A stretch of DNA of 64,000 nt, taken from contig CAVSCK010000004.1 in the NCBI GenBank assembly GCA_963726455.1, forward strand, positions 1,664,001 to 1,728,000, read 5' to 3'. This DNA comes from an uncultured bacterium. Its GTDB lineage: Bacteria > Zixibacteria > MSB-5A5 > CAIYYT01. This document shows, in pieces, positions 61,678 to 64,000 of the stretch. How positions within the stretch are numbered: position 1 is the stretch's first letter; every line of letters begins with the position of its first letter. The notes under the pieces were generated by a model that saw nothing but the letters and a program-made list of their open reading frames with translations, ran no database searches and had not been told where the DNA came from. Made by a program: the position numbers and the translations under genes.

Positions 61678-63144
61678 ATGATCTGGGCTCTTATACTCTT
61701 GCCGGCAGCAGCAGGCGCCCTTGCCTTCTGGATGAAATCCAATGGCCAGCGTCGCGGACTGCTGCTGGGATCCGCGAGTCTACATCTCGCCCTGACTCTG
61801 GTCGCATGGATTCAGTATGAAGATGTACCTGTGAAAGGGTGGATTGCAGTTGATGCACTCTCGCTGCTATTCCTGTCAATTACGAGCGTGCTCTTTCTGG
61901 CGGCTTCCATCTACACCGTGGGATATTTGCGACAAGAAGATTTGTTGAAGCAACACGCACCCGACGACTCCCTGGGTGGTCACGGAAGTGAGGCCGTTTT
62001 TACCGGCTGTATGCTGCTCTTCCTTAGTTCGATGACGTTGGTCACAGCCAGCCGACATCTTGGTTTGGTCTGGGTGGGAATCGAAGCCACCACACTCAGT
62101 AGTGCGCCGCTGATTTACTATCACCGGCACCAGAGAAGTTTGGAAGCGACCTGGAAATATCTTTTGATCTGTTCCGTTGGAATCGCCCTGGCGCTGCTGG
62201 GGAATTTCTTTCTGGCAGTGGCAACATCGGTGGCCGGTGGCGAGCAATTGCGACTCACGATGGACGAACTGACCAAACATGCCGGACAACTTGATCCGAC
62301 CTGGCTGAAGGCCGCATTCCTGCTGTTGCTGGTTGGATATGGAACCAAGATGGGTTTAGTGCCGCTGCACACTTGGCTGCCGGACGCTCACAGCGAGGCG
62401 CCCGCGATGGTGTCGGCGCTCTTGTCGGGCGCGCTGCTGAACTGCGCTTTCGTGGGAATTCTTCGCGTTATGACCGTTCTCACCGCGGCCGGCCTCGGCC
62501 CATTTGCCCGGCAGCAACTGCTGTTGTTCGGAATTCTTTCAATGGTCGTCGCTTCCCTGTTTCTAATTTCACAGTTCAACTTCAAACGCATGTTAGCTTA
62601 TTCGAGCATCGAGCACATGGGTGTACTCGCCCTGGGAGTCGGACTCGGTGAGGCTGGAAATTTCGGAGCCATGCTGCATGCGGTAAATCATTCCCTGACA
62701 AAGGCAGCTCTGTTCCTGACCGCCGGCAGCATCATCACGTTTTACGGTACCAAGCAGAGTAACGAGATTCTTGGCATGTGGAAGAGCCATCCGCGAACGT
62801 CACTTCTTTGGCTGCTAGGTATTCTCGCCATAATCGGTTCGCCTCCTTTTGGACTCTTCAGCAGCGAATTGATGATACTGCGAGGATCGCTGTCGACCGG
62901 TCATTGGTGGATTGCCGCTGGATATCTTATCTCTTTGGCTATTGCAATGGCAGCAATCTCGGCGAGAGTCTTCAAGATGACTTTCGGAAATCCCAAGCCG
63001 ACTCACAAAGTCCGTCTGGGTGGTCCGTCGTTGTACCTGCCTTCGGCGGTCTTGATGTTGCTGGTCCTTGTCCTTGGTGTATACATTCCGAATCCGATCG
63101 CCAATATGCTCCAATCGGCCTCGATGGCCATAATGGGTAAATGA
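61678..63144 (+). CDS. HyfF-like proton-conducting membrane subunit
   Basis: IEATTL, EATWKY, GYGTKMGLVPLHTWLPDAHSEAP and KRMLAYSSIEHMG; ATG at 61678. Confidence 0.92.
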   Translation: MIWALILLPAAAGALAFWMKSNGQRRGLLLGSASLHLALTLVAWIQYEDVPVKGWIAVDALSLLFLSITSVLFLAASIYTVGYLRQEDLLKQHAPDDSLGGHGSEAVFTGCMLLFLSSMTLVTASRHLGLVWVGIEATTLSSAPLIYYHRHQRSLEATWKYLLICSVGIALALLGNFFLAVATSVAGGEQLRLTMDELTKHAGQLDPTWLKAAFLLLLVGYGTKMGLVPLHTWLPDAHSEAPAMVSALLSGALLNCAFVGILRVMTVLTAAGLGPFARQQLLLFGILSMVVASLFLISQFNFKRMLAYSSIEHMGVLALGVGLGEAGNFGAMLHAVNHSLTKAALFLTAGSIITFYGTKQSNEILGMWKSHPRTSLLWLLGILAIIGSPPFGLFSSELMILRGSLSTGHWWIAAGYLISLAIAMAAISARVFKMTFGNPKPTHKVRLGGPSLYLPSAVLMLLVLVLGVYIPNPIANMLQSASMAIMGK

Positions 63145-64000
63145 TGAGCATAGAACCGCTGGAAATATTTAACGGCGAGGCAGTGCCTCTGAATAAGTGT
63201 CCGATTCTGCCGATCAGCGATTTTCGCAGAATTGTGATCGCGGACGCAAAGCAGAATTGCCATTTGTCGGCGTTGTTCTGTGCCAGATTTAATGACACGA
63301 TGCGGATGTATGCTGCCACCAGCGATGCAAGTCACGCGAAACTCAAGCTGATGGCTTGCGAGGTGGCAGAAAATTATCCAGCGATAACTCCCGACTGTTC
63401 TCAGGCACATTGGTTTGAGCGGGAGATTTACGAGCAATGGCATATACATCCTGACGGTCACCCGTGGCTTAAGCCGATTCGTTTCGAGAACTCAGGCATT
63501 GGCAACCAATCGCCTGTTATCGGTGCAACGGATTTCTTTGCGTTGGAAGGCGAGGAAGTTCACGAGGTCGCTGTCGGTCCGGTGCATGCCGGAGTAATTG
63601 AACCGGGGCACTTTCGTTTTCAGTGTCATGGTGAGACAGTATACCATCTCGAGATTTCACTCGGGTATCAACACCGAGGAGTGGAACAGGCATTGGTCGG
63701 CGGTCCTAATGTGCGAACCATGCATTACATGGAAACACTTGCCGGTGATACGACTATTGGACATTCCTCAGCATACTGCCGGCTTATCGAAGCGTTGAGT
63801 CGCGCGTCGGTTCCTCATACCGCGATGGGCATTCGAGGAATTGCCGAGGAGTTGGAACGGCTGGCGAATCATATCGGCGACCTGGGAGCATTGGCAAGTG
63901 ACATCGGGTTCCTTCCGACTCAGAATTACTGCGGTCGAATTAGAGGTGACGTGCTCAACCTGACCGCTTTGATTTGCGGCAATCGCTTCGGGCGAGGACT
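63141..64000 (+). CDS. HyfG/HycE-like large subunit (NuoCD fusion) lacking the N-terminal Ni-binding cysteines (EhrL type); truncated by the window end
   Basis: Open frame from ATG 63141: WFEREI..HPWLKPIRF, VGPVHAGVIEPGHFRF, LGYQHRGVE, ETLAGDTTIGH and ELERLANH. Confidence 0.9.
   Translation, partial: MMSIEPLEIFNGEAVPLNKCPILPISDFRRIVIADAKQNCHLSALFCARFNDTMRMYAATSDASHAKLKLMACEVAENYPAITPDCSQAHWFEREIYEQWHIHPDGHPWLKPIRFENSGIGNQSPVIGATDFFALEGEEVHEVAVGPVHAGVIEPGHFRFQCHGETVYHLEISLGYQHRGVEQALVGGPNVRTMHYMETLAGDTTIGHSSAYCRLIEALSRASVPHTAMGIRGIAEELERLANHIGDLGALASDIGFLPTQNYCGRIRGDVLNLTALICGNRFGRG

Noticed and set aside
58155-64000. Functional [NiFe] hydrogenase-4 / formate hydrogenlyase
   Set aside because: The large subunit lacks the N-terminal CxxC Ni ligands, and no fdh or maturation genes are in the window.
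1-64000. CRISPR array, rRNA, intact transposase or defence system
   Set aside because: No regularly spaced direct repeats, rRNA-like sequence, or cas, transposase or restriction motifs were seen.

Overview
Bacterial chromosomal window of moderate GC. A beta-propeller protein ending in a C-terminal dockerin-like duplicated EF-hand motif, together with several outer-membrane barrels, points to a diderm anaerobe, plausibly candidate phylum Zixibacteria (inference). In order, it contains: cydAB and a metallophosphoesterase; a minus-strand cluster of two different glutamate dehydrogenases followed by two translationally coupled PEP-synthase-like ATP-grasp proteins, one carrying an N-terminal GAF-like module and a C-terminal nucleotidyltransferase domain; a [2Fe-2S]-methyltransferase fusion, a Crp/Fnr regulator with an FNR-type box and its probable target operon; tRNA-Gln(CTG); a ~23 kb accessory envelope/stress block (GT4, GH130, NRAMP, BON, YXWGXW, OM barrels, ECF sigma, two orphan NarL regulators, RNB nuclease); kdpFABCDE with a KdpE-like box; a poly-gamma-glutamate operon (pgsB-pgsC-pgsW plus two exported proteins); and an HTH-EIIA gene heading an Ehr-type (Ni-free hydrogenase-4-like) operon that runs off the window. 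Four promoters in the accessory block share a palindrome TCAWCC-N4-GRNCGA abutting the -35 element. About a dozen frameshifts are almost all +1 insertions and look like sequencing error rather than true pseudogenes. The best candidates for undescribed biology are the GDH-linked dikinase/nucleotidyltransferase pair, the shared-promoter regulon, and the putative diderm PGA export module. All assignments come from motif reading by eye; no searches were run.
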